DNA of 64,000 nt from Candidatus Bipolaricaulota bacterium (GTDB lineage: Bacteria > Bipolaricaulota > Bipolaricaulia > UBA7950 > UBA9294): positions 57,185-121,184 of the forward strand of contig JBFMGK010000066.1 in assembly GCA_040752575.1 (NCBI GenBank). Reading direction: 5' to 3'. Within the stretch, counting starts at the first letter, position 1; the number at the start of each line of letters is the position of its first letter. The notes below the pieces were generated by a model. That model made no database searches. It saw nothing but the letters and a program-made list of their open reading frames with translations, and was not told the origin of the DNA. Shown here piece after piece: positions 1 to 9,426 of the stretch. The translations under genes and the position numbers were made by a program.

Positions 1-1
1 C

Positions 2-985
2 GCGCGATTGGTTGCGCTTCAGGCCGAGCTCGAGGCCGAAAGCGAGCAACACCCGCTCAATCGGCTGGACGATCGCGGCGACCCGTCGTTGGGGATCATC
101 GCTTGCGGGGTCGCGCACAGCTACCTCCTGGAGGCGGCGGACGGAGAAACGCTCCATCCAACGCTCAAGATCGGTTTCTACCCGCCGCCGAGGCTCGCCA
201 TCGCCCGACTCGCCGCTCGGTGCCGCACCCTGCTCCTCCTCGAGGAGGGCTACCCGTTCCTGGAGTCGCGAGTCGGCGGACTGCTTCCCCGCAAGGATCT
301 GGAGATTCGCGGTCGCCTGACCGGGCACTTGCCGCGCACCGGCGAGCTGTCTGCAGATCTTGTGGCTGCCGCCCTTGGCCGGAGAGAGACCGCGAGCCGG
401 CCGCCCTCCTCCGTGCCGCGACCTCGTCCCCCCGCTCTGTGCCCGGGGTGTCCACACGCGGACACGTGCCGCGCGTTGTCCGCCGCTCTCTCGGACTACC
501 CCGCCGCGCGCGTCTTCTCAGACATCGGCTGCTACACCCTGGGCGCTCTTCCTCCGTTCTCGGCACTGGACACGTGCATCGTCATGGGCGCTTCGATCAC
601 GATGGCGCGTGGAGCGTCCGACGCTGGCGTGCATCCCGCCGTCGCGGTCCTCGGGGACTCCACGTTTGCCCACTCGGGGATGACCGGCCTGTTGGACTGC
701 ATCAACGACCGTGCGAACGTCACTATTCTCCTCCTGGACAATGAAACCGTCGCGATGACGGGGGGCCAACCGTCTGCCGCTATGGGCCGTCTATCGGCCA
801 TCTGCCGCGGACTCGGTGTGCTCGCGGAGAACCTTCACACGATCGTCCCTCATCCGTCGCAGCACGAGCGCAATGTCGAACTCCTGCGCTGCATACTTCG
901 AACTCCCGGGCCGTCGGTCGTGATCGCCGAGCGCGAGTGCCTTCAGACGGCGAAACGCCGCCCCGGGGCGGGTGAGGCTGCATGA
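2..985 (+). CDS. iorA: Indolepyruvate ferredoxin oxidoreductase alpha subunit, 5'-truncated by the window edge
   Basis: LCPGCPH, SDIGCYTLG and the TPP motif GDSTFAHSG...LDN; frame is open to the window start; overlaps iorB. Confidence 0.9.
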   Translation, partial: ARLVALQAELEAESEQHPLNRLDDRGDPSLGIIACGVAHSYLLEAADGETLHPTLKIGFYPPPRLAIARLAARCRTLLLLEEGYPFLESRVGGLLPRKDLEIRGRLTGHLPRTGELSADLVAAALGRRETASRPPSSVPRPRPPALCPGCPHADTCRALSAALSDYPAARVFSDIGCYTLGALPPFSALDTCIVMGASITMARGASDAGVHPAVAVLGDSTFAHSGMTGLLDCINDRANVTILLLDNETVAMTGGQPSAAMGRLSAICRGLGVLAENLHTIVPHPSQHERNVELLRCILRTPGPSVVIAERECLQTAKRRPGAGEAA

Positions 986-1584
986 TGAAGAGGGACGTCG
1001 TATTGGCCGCCGTCGGCGGCCAAGGCCTGCTGACGATCTCCGCCGTCATGGCCGAAGCGGCGCGCTTGCTCGGACTGCACGTACGCCAGTCCGAGGTTCA
1101 TGGGATGGCGCAACGCGGAGGCGTCGTCCAAGGTACCGTGCGTTTCGCAGACCGCCCCATCTTCTCGGATCTCGTTCGCAGCGGGCAAGCAGATCTGATC
1201 CTCGCTCTTGAGCCCATGGAGGCGCTCCGGTATCTCCCGCTTCTCGCGCCGGACGGCTTCCTGTTGACGAGCTCCGTCCCCCTCCGCAATCTCCCCGATT
1301 ACCCTCCCATCGCCGAAGTTCTCGCTGCCGTACGCGAGATCCCGCGACACGTCGTCCTGGACGCAGACGCTGCCGCACGGGCGGTGAACGCTCCGCGGTC
1401 GGCGAATGTCGTCATGTTGGGAGCGGGAGCAGCGGTCCTTGGGCTCGCAGAGGACGCCTTGGCCGAGGCGCTGGAGAGAGCCTTCCAGCGCAAGCCGGGC
1501 GCCGCAGACGCGAACCTCCGTGCCTTCCGCGCCGGCCTCACGGCAGCACGCGAGGCCCTTGCCCGCGAACCCGAGGCCAGCTAG
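982..1584 (+). CDS. iorB: Indolepyruvate oxidoreductase beta subunit
   Basis: VGGQG, SEVHGMAQRGG, ALEPMEALR and NVVMLGA motifs; ATGA overlap with iorA. Confidence 0.92.
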   Translation: MMKRDVVLAAVGGQGLLTISAVMAEAARLLGLHVRQSEVHGMAQRGGVVQGTVRFADRPIFSDLVRSGQADLILALEPMEALRYLPLLAPDGFLLTSSVPLRNLPDYPPIAEVLAAVREIPRHVVLDADAAARAVNAPRSANVVMLGAGAAVLGLAEDALAEALERAFQRKPGAADANLRAFRAGLTAAREALAREPEAS

Positions 1585-1613
1585 GCTAGAAACCCTCCGT
1601 GGAGGTGACGGTC

Positions 1614-2507
1614 ATGTTTCGACGTCTTTTCTGGGTTGTTGCGTTCGTGCTCGCACTCGGGCTCACGGCGGTTGCAGAGACGGCCGACAGCGGCATCGTC
1701 CGCATCGGCCTGTTCACGGACGTCCACGCGCACGACACGGACTCCCCGAACGAGCACAAGGTCATGGTGAACTACGCCGAACGCATCTCGGCTTTCGTGG
1801 CTGCGATGACCGCGTGGTCGGCTGACGCGATCGTGCAATTGGGCGATCTCGTGAACGGCGCCTTCGTGATGGGCGCACCCCTTGGCGATCCAGCCCGCAT
1901 CGTGGGCATTCTGGACGACGTCCTCGGCCTGCTCGCGCCCTTCCCGGGTCCGGTCCTCCACGTCCTCGGCAACCACGACGTGTACGACCTGACCAAACAG
2001 GAGTTCCTCGCAGGAACGGGGTCAGAGGAGACGTTCTACAGTTACGACCTCGGGCTCTTCCATTTCGTCGTCCTGGACGCGCAGTTCACGAAGGCGGGCA
2101 CCGACGTGGGACGCGTCGGTTGGATGGTGCAGGGCACCGTTCCCGAAGCGGAACTGGCCTGGCTCAGGGCGGACCTCGCCGCAACAGCGAAGCCCACGGT
2201 GATCCTTATCCACCAACCCCTCGACGTCGCCTTCGACCTTCTGGCCGGCGGCGCGCCGGTCTCGAACGCTGCAGCGGTCAGAGCCGCGCTTGTCGAGTCT
2301 GGAAATGTGATTGCCGTCTTCCAGGGACATGACCACGAGGACCGGTATCAGGTCATCGACGGCGTCCCCTACGTAACGTTTGCCGCCATGGTGGATCACG
2401 ACGTCGCGACGCCTCCGTCGTGGGCGGCCATCACCCTGGATCCCCAGACCCGCACGATCCACGTCGAGGGTGTTAGCGAGCAGGCCACGCTCGACATCAC
2501 GTTCTAG
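1614..2507 (+). CDS. Exported calcineurin-like metallophosphoesterase (paralog 1)
   Basis: Signal-peptide-like N-terminus; DVH, GDLVNG, GNHD, IHQP and GHDH motifs; GGAGGTG RBS before the ATG at 1614. Confidence 0.85.
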   Translation: MFRRLFWVVAFVLALGLTAVAETADSGIVRIGLFTDVHAHDTDSPNEHKVMVNYAERISAFVAAMTAWSADAIVQLGDLVNGAFVMGAPLGDPARIVGILDDVLGLLAPFPGPVLHVLGNHDVYDLTKQEFLAGTGSEETFYSYDLGLFHFVVLDAQFTKAGTDVGRVGWMVQGTVPEAELAWLRADLAATAKPTVILIHQPLDVAFDLLAGGAPVSNAAAVRAALVESGNVIAVFQGHDHEDRYQVIDGVPYVTFAAMVDHDVATPPSWAAITLDPQTRTIHVEGVSEQATLDITF

Positions 2508-2525
2508 GAGCTCAAGGTGAAGACG

Positions 2526-3434
2526 ATGTTTCGTCGTTGGCGCACGATCCTGATGACCGGCGTCGTCACGGCGTTGGTCGCCGTGTCCGCCCTCGGAGTC
2601 GAGGACATCGTACGCTTCGGCGTTTTCACAGATCTCCACGCCCACGATCTCGATTCGCCGCTCGAAGGAAAGTGGATGACGAACACGGAAGAACGTCTCA
2701 CCGCCTTCACGGAGGCCATGAACCGGTCTCGGCCCGACTTCGTCATCCAGCTCGGCGACTTCGTCAACGGCTGGGTGGTGTTGGGGACCGATCCTGGCAG
2801 CCCGGACCGCATCCCCGAGATCCTGGCCTGGGCCGACGCGCAGTTCGCCGCGTTCCAGGGACCGCGGTATCACGTCATTGGCAATCACGACGTCTACAAC
2901 CTCGACAAGGCCACCCTCCGCGCGGTTCTCGGCATGGAGCGAACGTCCTACAGCTTTGACGTCGGCCCGTTCCACTTTGTCGTCCTGGACGTGCAGTACG
3001 GACTCGACGGCAAGGATCTCGAGCACACTTACACCGGCGTCAGCGGGTACGTCCCCGACGCGCTGCTCGCTTGGCTGGAGAGCGATTTGGCCGAGGCCCG
3101 CGGTCGGCCGACCCTTGTCTTCGTACACCAGATGCTGAACGAGGTGGTGATCGAGTGGAACCGCGCCCTGATTGCCAACCAGGCCGAGGTGCAGCACGTC
3201 CTCGAGCAAGCGGGACATGTCGTTGCCGTTCTGCAGGGCCATGATCATGCCTACAGCCACGAGCTGATCGGTGGGATCCATTACGTCACGCTAGAGGCCC
3301 TCGTCGACCAGGGGACCCCGCCGTCGTGGGCGCTCGTAACCCTCGATGCCGTGTCGCAGATCGTGCGGGTCGACGGGTTCGGCGAACAGCCGAGCCTCGA
3401 GTTCACCTATTCGCTCGTCCCGCCGGCGGACTGA
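2526..3434 (+). CDS. Exported calcineurin-like metallophosphoesterase (paralog 2)
   Basis: Signal peptide; DLH, GDFVNG, GNHD, VHQM and GHDH motifs; colinear with the upstream paralog; start 2526 or 2517. Confidence 0.85.
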   Translation: MFRRWRTILMTGVVTALVAVSALGVEDIVRFGVFTDLHAHDLDSPLEGKWMTNTEERLTAFTEAMNRSRPDFVIQLGDFVNGWVVLGTDPGSPDRIPEILAWADAQFAAFQGPRYHVIGNHDVYNLDKATLRAVLGMERTSYSFDVGPFHFVVLDVQYGLDGKDLEHTYTGVSGYVPDALLAWLESDLAEARGRPTLVFVHQMLNEVVIEWNRALIANQAEVQHVLEQAGHVVAVLQGHDHAYSHELIGGIHYVTLEALVDQGTPPSWALVTLDAVSQIVRVDGFGEQPSLEFTYSLVPPAD

Positions 3435-3455
3435 CGGAGCGAGAGCGCTCTCGGC

Positions 3456-3484
3456 TTGCGCAACGCCGCGCCGCATCGTAGATT
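3456..3484 (+). promoter_or_regulatory. Putative sigma70-type promoter of add (near-leaderless)
   Basis: TTGCGC-17 nt-TAGATT, 9 nt before the ATG, no SD. Confidence 0.55.
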
Positions 3485-3493
3485 GGATGCACC

Positions 3494-4522
3494 ATGCTCG
3501 AATGGATCCGGCGGATGCCGAAGGTCGAACTGCACGTACATCTCGATGGATCGCTCCGTCTCAACACGCTGGAAGAGCTCGCCGCGGCGGCCCCGGAGAA
3601 CGTCGGAATGCCGGTCACGGGAGATCTACGAGGCGCCGTCGTCCTCAAGGGCGCACACCCGCTCGAGGACTACCTCGCGGCATTCGACTACACGGTCCCG
3701 GTACTGCAGACGCCGTCCGCTCTCACACGCGCCGCGTATGAGCTTTGCGCCGACGCGGCGGCGGAGAACGTCATCTACATCGAGCCGCGCTTTGCTCCAC
3801 TCCTTCACACCCGCCTGGACCTCAAACCCCGGGACGTCGTGGCCGCCGTGCTTCTCGGGCTCCGACAGGCCCACGAGGAGTTCGGCATCGAGACCGGGCT
3901 TCTTCTCACCGCGCTGAGGCAGAATTCCACCGAGGAGTCGATCGAGACCGTTCAACTGGCGGCGCAGTTCCGCCGTGAGGGGGTTGTGGGCTTCGACCTC
4001 GCGGGTCCGGAACGTCTCTTCCCCCTCCTGAAGCATCGGAAGGCCGTCGAGTTTGCCCATGACGCCGGGCTTCACGTGACCCTCCACGCCGGAGAAGGTT
4101 GCTGTCCCGAGCAGATCCGCGAGGCGATCGACCTGGGAGCCGATCGAATCGGCCACGGCGTGCACTTGCTTGAGGCACCGCGTACCGAGCGGCGCGTCGC
4201 CGAACTGGGGATTCCGCTCGAGATGTGCCCGACCAGCAATCTCCAGGTGGGTGGGTTCTTGCGTTCCTACAAGGACCATCCGATCCAGCGATACCTGGAG
4301 TTGGGCATCCCGGTAACGGTCAACACCGACAACCGCCTCATGTCCGCCGTGGATCTCTCGCATGAGTTTCGAGCGCTCGTGCGCGCCTTCTCCTGGACGC
4401 GAGACATCGTCCACACCGTCACAAGCAACGCCATCCGTGCCGCGTTCGTTCCCGAAGACCGCAAGGCCGCCCTACAGGCTCGCGTCGACGCCTTCTTCTC
4501 ATCCCATCGCGCGCGCCGCTAG
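3494..4522 (+). CDS. add: Adenosine deaminase
   Basis: PKVELHVHLDG, HAGE, RIGHG, CPTSN and NTDN motifs. Confidence 0.92.
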   Translation: MLEWIRRMPKVELHVHLDGSLRLNTLEELAAAAPENVGMPVTGDLRGAVVLKGAHPLEDYLAAFDYTVPVLQTPSALTRAAYELCADAAAENVIYIEPRFAPLLHTRLDLKPRDVVAAVLLGLRQAHEEFGIETGLLLTALRQNSTEESIETVQLAAQFRREGVVGFDLAGPERLFPLLKHRKAVEFAHDAGLHVTLHAGEGCCPEQIREAIDLGADRIGHGVHLLEAPRTERRVAELGIPLEMCPTSNLQVGGFLRSYKDHPIQRYLELGIPVTVNTDNRLMSAVDLSHEFRALVRAFSWTRDIVHTVTSNAIRAAFVPEDRKAALQARVDAFFSSHRARR

Positions 4523-5172
4523 ACCAACGGACGCCCACCCTCGCGAGTCGGTCGGCTGTTCACGCTGCACTCGGCGACGAAACTCTGAATCTCCACGGTC
4601 GCGAGGAAGACGAGCGGCGCGAACTCCGTCACCTCGGCAACAAACCGCGCGCGTTCGTGACACGCGAGGTCGGCAATCTCGACGTCGACGTCGTCGAGTC
4701 TGACTCCATAGGCGTCATAGAAGCAGACCCGGACGACGACTTGGCGCAGGACGAACTCCGCGCTGTTTCCGACGCTTCCTTCGACCCGCGGGGTGCCGTC
4801 GAGATACAGCCGCCAGGAGGGATCGACGAACGCGGGCACTTCGACATGCACGATCTCGCTGTACGTGCCACGCACGCCACGGTCGTCGGTGACCGTGAGC
4901 GCTACGAGGTAATCCCCGCCGGCAGCGTAGGCGTGCGTGGCCTCCGCGTATCCGTCAACAGGCATGGACCCGTCGCCGAACTCCCACGCCCAGCGAACGA
5001 CCACGCGTCCTCCGCTCTCGGCAACTGCGCGGAACCTCATACCCCATGGCCCGCACGCTCCCTCCGGGCACACAGTGAACGAGGCGCTGGGACGGACGAT
5101 TGGGCCCCAACACGATGCCAGGGCGACGGCGCAGAGAACCGCGAGAAGCGCTGCCGCTCGACGAACGATCAC
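4519..5172 (-). CDS. Lipoprotein with a PKD domain and a C-terminal FxLYD-like domain
   Basis: Lipobox LASC; WEFGDG...HAY...LTVTDD PKD signature; VCFYDAYG; GTG start overlaps the upstream stop. Confidence 0.75.
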   Translation of the reverse strand: MIVRRAAALLAVLCAVALASCWGPIVRPSASFTVCPEGACGPWGMRFRAVAESGGRVVVRWAWEFGDGSMPVDGYAEATHAYAAGGDYLVALTVTDDRGVRGTYSEIVHVEVPAFVDPSWRLYLDGTPRVEGSVGNSAEFVLRQVVVRVCFYDAYGVRLDDVDVEIADLACHERARFVAEVTEFAPLVFLATVEIQSFVAECSVNSRPTREGGRPLV

Positions 5173-5504
5173 CCGAACAGCTCCAGATCGTCGCCCCGCC
5201 CGCGCGAGGTTCGCCAACCGAACCTCTGGAGGTCGATTCGCCCTCGTCCATCGACGAGGATGCCTTCTTCCCGCAGACGCGTCAGCTGCTCATCGCCGAG
5301 GCTGGATTCGCCCTTCGCGTTGACCACTCGATGCCACGGGACGTCGGGGCGAGGAACGCGCCCCAGAGCCGCCATCGCGTATCCCACCTGCCGCGCCCCG
5401 TTCGGGATCCCCGCCTCGCGGGCCACATCTCCATACGTTGAGACCCTCCCACGAGGGATCTGCCTCACCACCGCGTAGATCCGCTCATACAAGCCGGCTC
5501 CCAT
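5169..5504 (-). CDS. Alkyltransferase-like (ATL/YbaZ, MGMT family) DNA-binding protein
   Basis: IPRGRVSTYGDVA, ARQVG, PWHRVVN (Trp in place of the catalytic Cys); GAGGAGG RBS. Confidence 0.85.
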   Translation of the reverse strand: MGAGLYERIYAVVRQIPRGRVSTYGDVAREAGIPNGARQVGYAMAALGRVPRPDVPWHRVVNAKGESSLGDEQLTRLREEGILVDGRGRIDLQRFGWRTSRGRGDDLELFG

Positions 5505-5596
5505 GCCCGCCTCCTCACCCATCGAGTCTAGCGTTTTCGGCGTGCGCGAGGCGCCCTGGCCACCTGCCCGGTATACTCCACATGGGTGATCGAGCG

Positions 5597-5869
5597 ATGT
5601 GTCTTGCAGCGCCGGCACGTGTTGTCTCCGTTCTGGGCCGCACTGCGGTCGTCGACTACGACGGGGTGCAGATGACCGCGCGGCTTGATGCGTTGGCGGA
5701 CCCCCTGGCTCCCGGCGACTATGTTCTCATCCACTCCGGATTCGCGATTCGTCGCTTGTCGGCCGCTGACGGCGAGGAGACCCTCCGGCTGTTCGACGAG
5801 TTATCCCAGTCGCTGGGCTCCGCACCCGACGGAAGCGGCACCCGTCCCGGCAGACCCGCTCCAAGATGA
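5597..5869 (+). CDS. hypC: Hydrogenase maturation chaperone HypC
   Basis: MCLAAPA N-terminus; GDYVLIHSGFAI. Confidence 0.92.
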   Translation: MCLAAPARVVSVLGRTAVVDYDGVQMTARLDALADPLAPGDYVLIHSGFAIRRLSAADGEETLRLFDELSQSLGSAPDGSGTRPGRPAPR

Positions 5870-6951
5870 GCCACCCGTTCCGCCTCGCCGATCCCCGTAA
5901 GGCGCGCGACCTCTCGCTGGCCATTCACCTTCTCGCACCGTCGCGGACGATCAAGCTCGTTCACGTCTGCGGAACGCATGAGATTGCGATCGCTCGACAC
6001 GGTCTCCGGCGCCTTCTTCCTGACAGCGTCCAGATCCTCGAAGGGCCGGGCTGCCCGGTGTGTGTCACCCCAGCCGCCGACATTGAGCGCGCGGTCCGCA
6101 TGTCCGAACAGGGCGCCATCGTCTGCACGTATGGAGACATGCTGCGGGTTCCCGGACGGGGCCGCTCGCTCGATGACGCTCGCGCCGCCGGCGCGGACGT
6201 GCGGACCGTCCTCTCGGCGGACGAAGTCGCTCGCATCGCGCGCGCGACCTCTCGCGAGGTGGTGTTCTTCGCCGTCGGGTTCGAGACGACGGCGCCCATG
6301 ACCGCCGCGGTCGCGCTGGATGCGCCTCCCCCGAATCTGTCCTTCCTCGTCGCCCATAAGCTCATCCCTCCCGCCATGGCCGCGTTGCTGGATATGCCCG
6401 AGGTTGCTCTGGACGGATACCTCGCCCCCGGTCACGTGTCGACGATTCTTGGCTCCGCGGCGTACGAGCCGTGGCTGAGTCGACTGCGCGTCCCCGTCGT
6501 GATCGGCGGTTTCGAGCCCCTCGATGTACTCTATGCGCTGGCCTTGCTCGTGCGGCAGATTCGCGACGGCCTCGCCGTCGTCGAAAACGCGTACCCTCGC
6601 GCCGTGTCCTGCGGCGGCAACGAAGCTGCCCTCCGCCTGATTCGTGACGTTTTCGAACCTTGCGATGCCGCATGGCGTGGGATCGGGGAGATTCCGCTCT
6701 CGGGCCTTCGTCTGCTACCGCGCCACGCGAGCCTCGACGCGCTCGCTCGCTTCGAGGTCGGCGCGGTGGATGAAGCACCCACGATTCCAGGATGCCGCTG
6801 TGCCGAGGTCCTCACGGCCCGCGCCGTCCCCAGCGACTGCCCTCTGTTCGCCACGCGCTGCACGCCTCTCTCTCCCGTCGGCCCCTGTATGGTCGGTGCC
6901 GAAGGGGCCTGCGCGATCTGGTTCCGTTACCGTCGCAAGGAGGTTCCATGA
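5866..6951 (+). CDS. hypD: Hydrogenase maturation protein HypD
   Basis: CGTHE, GPGCPVC, GFETTAP, PGHVS, GPCMV..EGAC. Confidence 0.95.
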   Translation: MSHPFRLADPRKARDLSLAIHLLAPSRTIKLVHVCGTHEIAIARHGLRRLLPDSVQILEGPGCPVCVTPAADIERAVRMSEQGAIVCTYGDMLRVPGRGRSLDDARAAGADVRTVLSADEVARIARATSREVVFFAVGFETTAPMTAAVALDAPPPNLSFLVAHKLIPPAMAALLDMPEVALDGYLAPGHVSTILGSAAYEPWLSRLRVPVVIGGFEPLDVLYALALLVRQIRDGLAVVENAYPRAVSCGGNEAALRLIRDVFEPCDAAWRGIGEIPLSGLRLLPRHASLDALARFEVGAVDEAPTIPGCRCAEVLTARAVPSDCPLFATRCTPLSPVGPCMVGAEGACAIWFRYRRKEVP

Positions 6952-7970
6952 GCGCAGCGCAGGTCCGCGTCTCGTCGCTCCACGGAGCGGGCGGCGAGGT
7001 CATGGACGATCTGATCCGCAGCCTCATCGTCCCGCGATTCGCGGCCCGCAGCGCTGGGAGAATCGGTCTGTCGGCGATGGACGACGGCGCAACGATCGAG
7101 CGACCCGCCACGGGCGAACTGGTCGTCACCACGGACTGCCATGTGGTGAAGCCTGTCTTCTTCCCCGGCGGAGACATCGGACGGCTCGCCGCGGCCGGGA
7201 CCGTCAACGACCTGGCCGTCATGGGCGCCCGTCCCGTTGCGTTCACCCTCGGCATCATCCTCGAAGAGGGTTTCGCCCTTGAAGATCTTGAGAAGATCCT
7301 CGACTCGTTTGCCGAGGTTCTCGCCGAGGTCGACGCATCCCTCGTCGGGGGCGATACGAAGGTGATGGCCTCCGGCGATGTCGACGGCATCATTCTCTGC
7401 GCGACGGGTTTCGGTATTGCAGACCGCGCCGTCTCCGACGCCGAGCTCTGGGAAGGAGACGACGTGCTGATCACGGGCACGGTCGGAGATCATGGCATGG
7501 CCTTGCTGGCCGCTCGCGAGGAGTTTCGTCTTTCTACGCGCCTCGTGAGCGACGTCGCCCCCCTGTGGTCTCTCTTGAAGCCCGTTCTCCCGATGGGGGT
7601 CCACGCCATGAAGGACCCAACTCGTGGCGGGCTCGCGGCCGCGCTCAACGAGATGGCTCGCAAGTCGGAAGCCTGTGTCGAGATCGACGAGGCGTCCATT
7701 CCCTTGCGAGCGGAGGTCGCGGGCCTTTCGGATCTGCTCGGCATCTCTCCGCTGGACGTCGCGAACGAAGGAAAGGCCGTCCTCGTAGTCGATCCCCAGG
7801 CAACGGGAGCGATCCTGGCGGCTCTTGCAGCGCACCCCCGAGGAGCGCAGGCCCGGCGTATCGGCAAAGTCACTCGCCGCTATCCCGGCCGCGTGGTCAT
7901 GGACACAGGCATCGGCGGCGAGAGGTTCCTCGACATGCCCCTCGGCGACCCGGTGCCGCGGATCTGCTAG
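6948..7970 (+). CDS. hypE: Hydrogenase maturation carbamoyl dehydratase HypE
   Basis: HGAGG, FFPGGDIG, GGDTKV, DPTRGG, ANEG and C-terminal PRIC. Confidence 0.95.
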   Translation: MSAAQVRVSSLHGAGGEVMDDLIRSLIVPRFAARSAGRIGLSAMDDGATIERPATGELVVTTDCHVVKPVFFPGGDIGRLAAAGTVNDLAVMGARPVAFTLGIILEEGFALEDLEKILDSFAEVLAEVDASLVGGDTKVMASGDVDGIILCATGFGIADRAVSDAELWEGDDVLITGTVGDHGMALLAAREEFRLSTRLVSDVAPLWSLLKPVLPMGVHAMKDPTRGGLAAALNEMARKSEACVEIDEASIPLRAEVAGLSDLLGISPLDVANEGKAVLVVDPQATGAILAALAAHPRGAQARRIGKVTRRYPGRVVMDTGIGGERFLDMPLGDPVPRIC

Positions 7971-8812
7971 CGCGTCAGCCAAGCGCGACGGTCGGCGAGG
8001 GTCTTCCCCCGAGACTGGCACGTCGGGCAGTAGTAGGTTCGCCTCTCGGCGAAACGAATCTCAGCAATCGGCGTCCCGCAGACGGGGCAGGGGTGCCCCG
8101 TTCTTCCCACAACGGAAAGCCCCTCGCGTCGGGAGTCGGCGACGAAGTCCCCGCCAGCGCGAGTGCGAGTTCGTTCTGTGGCCTCGCGAAGTACGCGCTG
8201 GATCGCCGCGTGCAGCTGAAGGATCTCGTCCGCCTCGAGGGTACTTGCATAGCGAATCGGCGATAGCCGCGCTGCGTGAAGGATCTCATCCGCGTACACG
8301 GAGCCGATTCCTGCAACGACGGAAGGATCCGTCAGAGCTTTCTTGATCTGCCGGCGCTCGCCGAGATGCGAGGCGAGCAACTCCGGGGTGAACGCATCCG
8401 ACAGCGGTTCGGGGCCGGTCGTCTCGATCCCCTCGACATCTCGTAGGTCCCGGACGATGTGCACGCGCGCCCGTTTTACGCTTCCCGTCTCGACCAGTCG
8501 CAACTCCTGACCATTCTCGAAACCGATGCAGAACGCCGTGGCCTGGGTTCGCCTCGTATCCCGCCGCGCCAACACGAGCCGGCCCGAGAGCATTAGATGC
8601 ACGGCGAGATAGAGGTCCTCGCCGCACGCGAGAATCAGGTGCTTGCCGCGCCGCTGAACCGAGCGAACGGACGTCCCCTTCAGGGCATCAACGGGAGGCA
8701 CCAGCGTCTTCAGGATTCCGGGACGCAGAACCGCGGCGTCGCAAAGGGTCCAACCCAAGATGCGACGCGCGAGCGCTTCGCGCAGGATCTCTAGTTCTGG
8801 CAGCTCGGGCAT
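7967..8812 (-). CDS. mutM: Fpg/Nei family DNA glycosylase
   Basis: MPELPE N-terminus, RRGKHL, HLMLSG, H2TH GIGSVYADE and a C-terminal CPVC...CPTC zinc finger. Confidence 0.85.
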   Translation of the reverse strand: MPELPELEILREALARRILGWTLCDAAVLRPGILKTLVPPVDALKGTSVRSVQRRGKHLILACGEDLYLAVHLMLSGRLVLARRDTRRTQATAFCIGFENGQELRLVETGSVKRARVHIVRDLRDVEGIETTGPEPLSDAFTPELLASHLGERRQIKKALTDPSVVAGIGSVYADEILHAARLSPIRYASTLEADEILQLHAAIQRVLREATERTRTRAGGDFVADSRREGLSVVGRTGHPCPVCGTPIAEIRFAERRTYYCPTCQSRGKTLADRRAWLTR

Positions 8813-8958
8813 CGTCTCACCGTCGCGAGCATACGACACCCGCCCCCTGCGATCGACTCCCTCGTCGCGTCTGCAGCGGTGCGCGACGTCCCCCTCCGAA
8901 GCGCCACCCTTCCGGATTCCGTGCCGCGCGTGAATCAGACTCTGAGCCGGAGGTCGTA

Positions 8959-9420
8959 ATGAAGGACATGATCGCCCGCCGACTCGCTCTCGTTGCGCTC
9001 GCCGGTTTCGCCGTGTGGGCTGCAGCCGGTTGCGTTCCGACAGCTCGCGTGAACGTGACCGGAGGGTGGAGCGCAACGCTCACGTTCACGAACGGCCCCA
9101 TGGCCGGTTTCCAGCGCGGATTCACCCTCGATCTCGCCGACAGCGAGGGCGTGGTCACAGGCACGGTCCGCTTGCCCAGCCACGGGGGACTCACGTATCT
9201 GATCCAGGTCACGTACGGCCGCGTACGCGGCGAAGCGCTCTTCCTCGAGGCCGCCGGCACCGACGATCAGATCGCTCCCCCCGCAGCCATCACGCTGACG
9301 CTCGATGGAGAGATCTCGGCCGCGGGAATCACCGGGATCGGAACCCAGACGGTGAACGGAACACCCTACGACTTCACGTGGCAAGCGGTGCTCGTCGCGC
9401 CTCCCCCGCCCGAGGCGTAG
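8959..9420 (+). CDS. Hypothetical beta-rich lipoprotein
   Basis: GGAGG RBS, hydrophobic signal with lipobox AAGC, beta-strand-rich body. Confidence 0.7.
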   Translation: MKDMIARRLALVALAGFAVWAAAGCVPTARVNVTGGWSATLTFTNGPMAGFQRGFTLDLADSEGVVTGTVRLPSHGGLTYLIQVTYGRVRGEALFLEAAGTDDQIAPPAAITLTLDGEISAAGITGIGTQTVNGTPYDFTWQAVLVAPPPPEA

Positions 9421-9426
9421 TCACGA

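Noticed and set aside
8911..8951. Possible three-way junction occluding the RBS of the 8959 lipoprotein gene
   Set aside because: Stems of only 3-5 bp in GC-rich DNA; not distinguishable from chance
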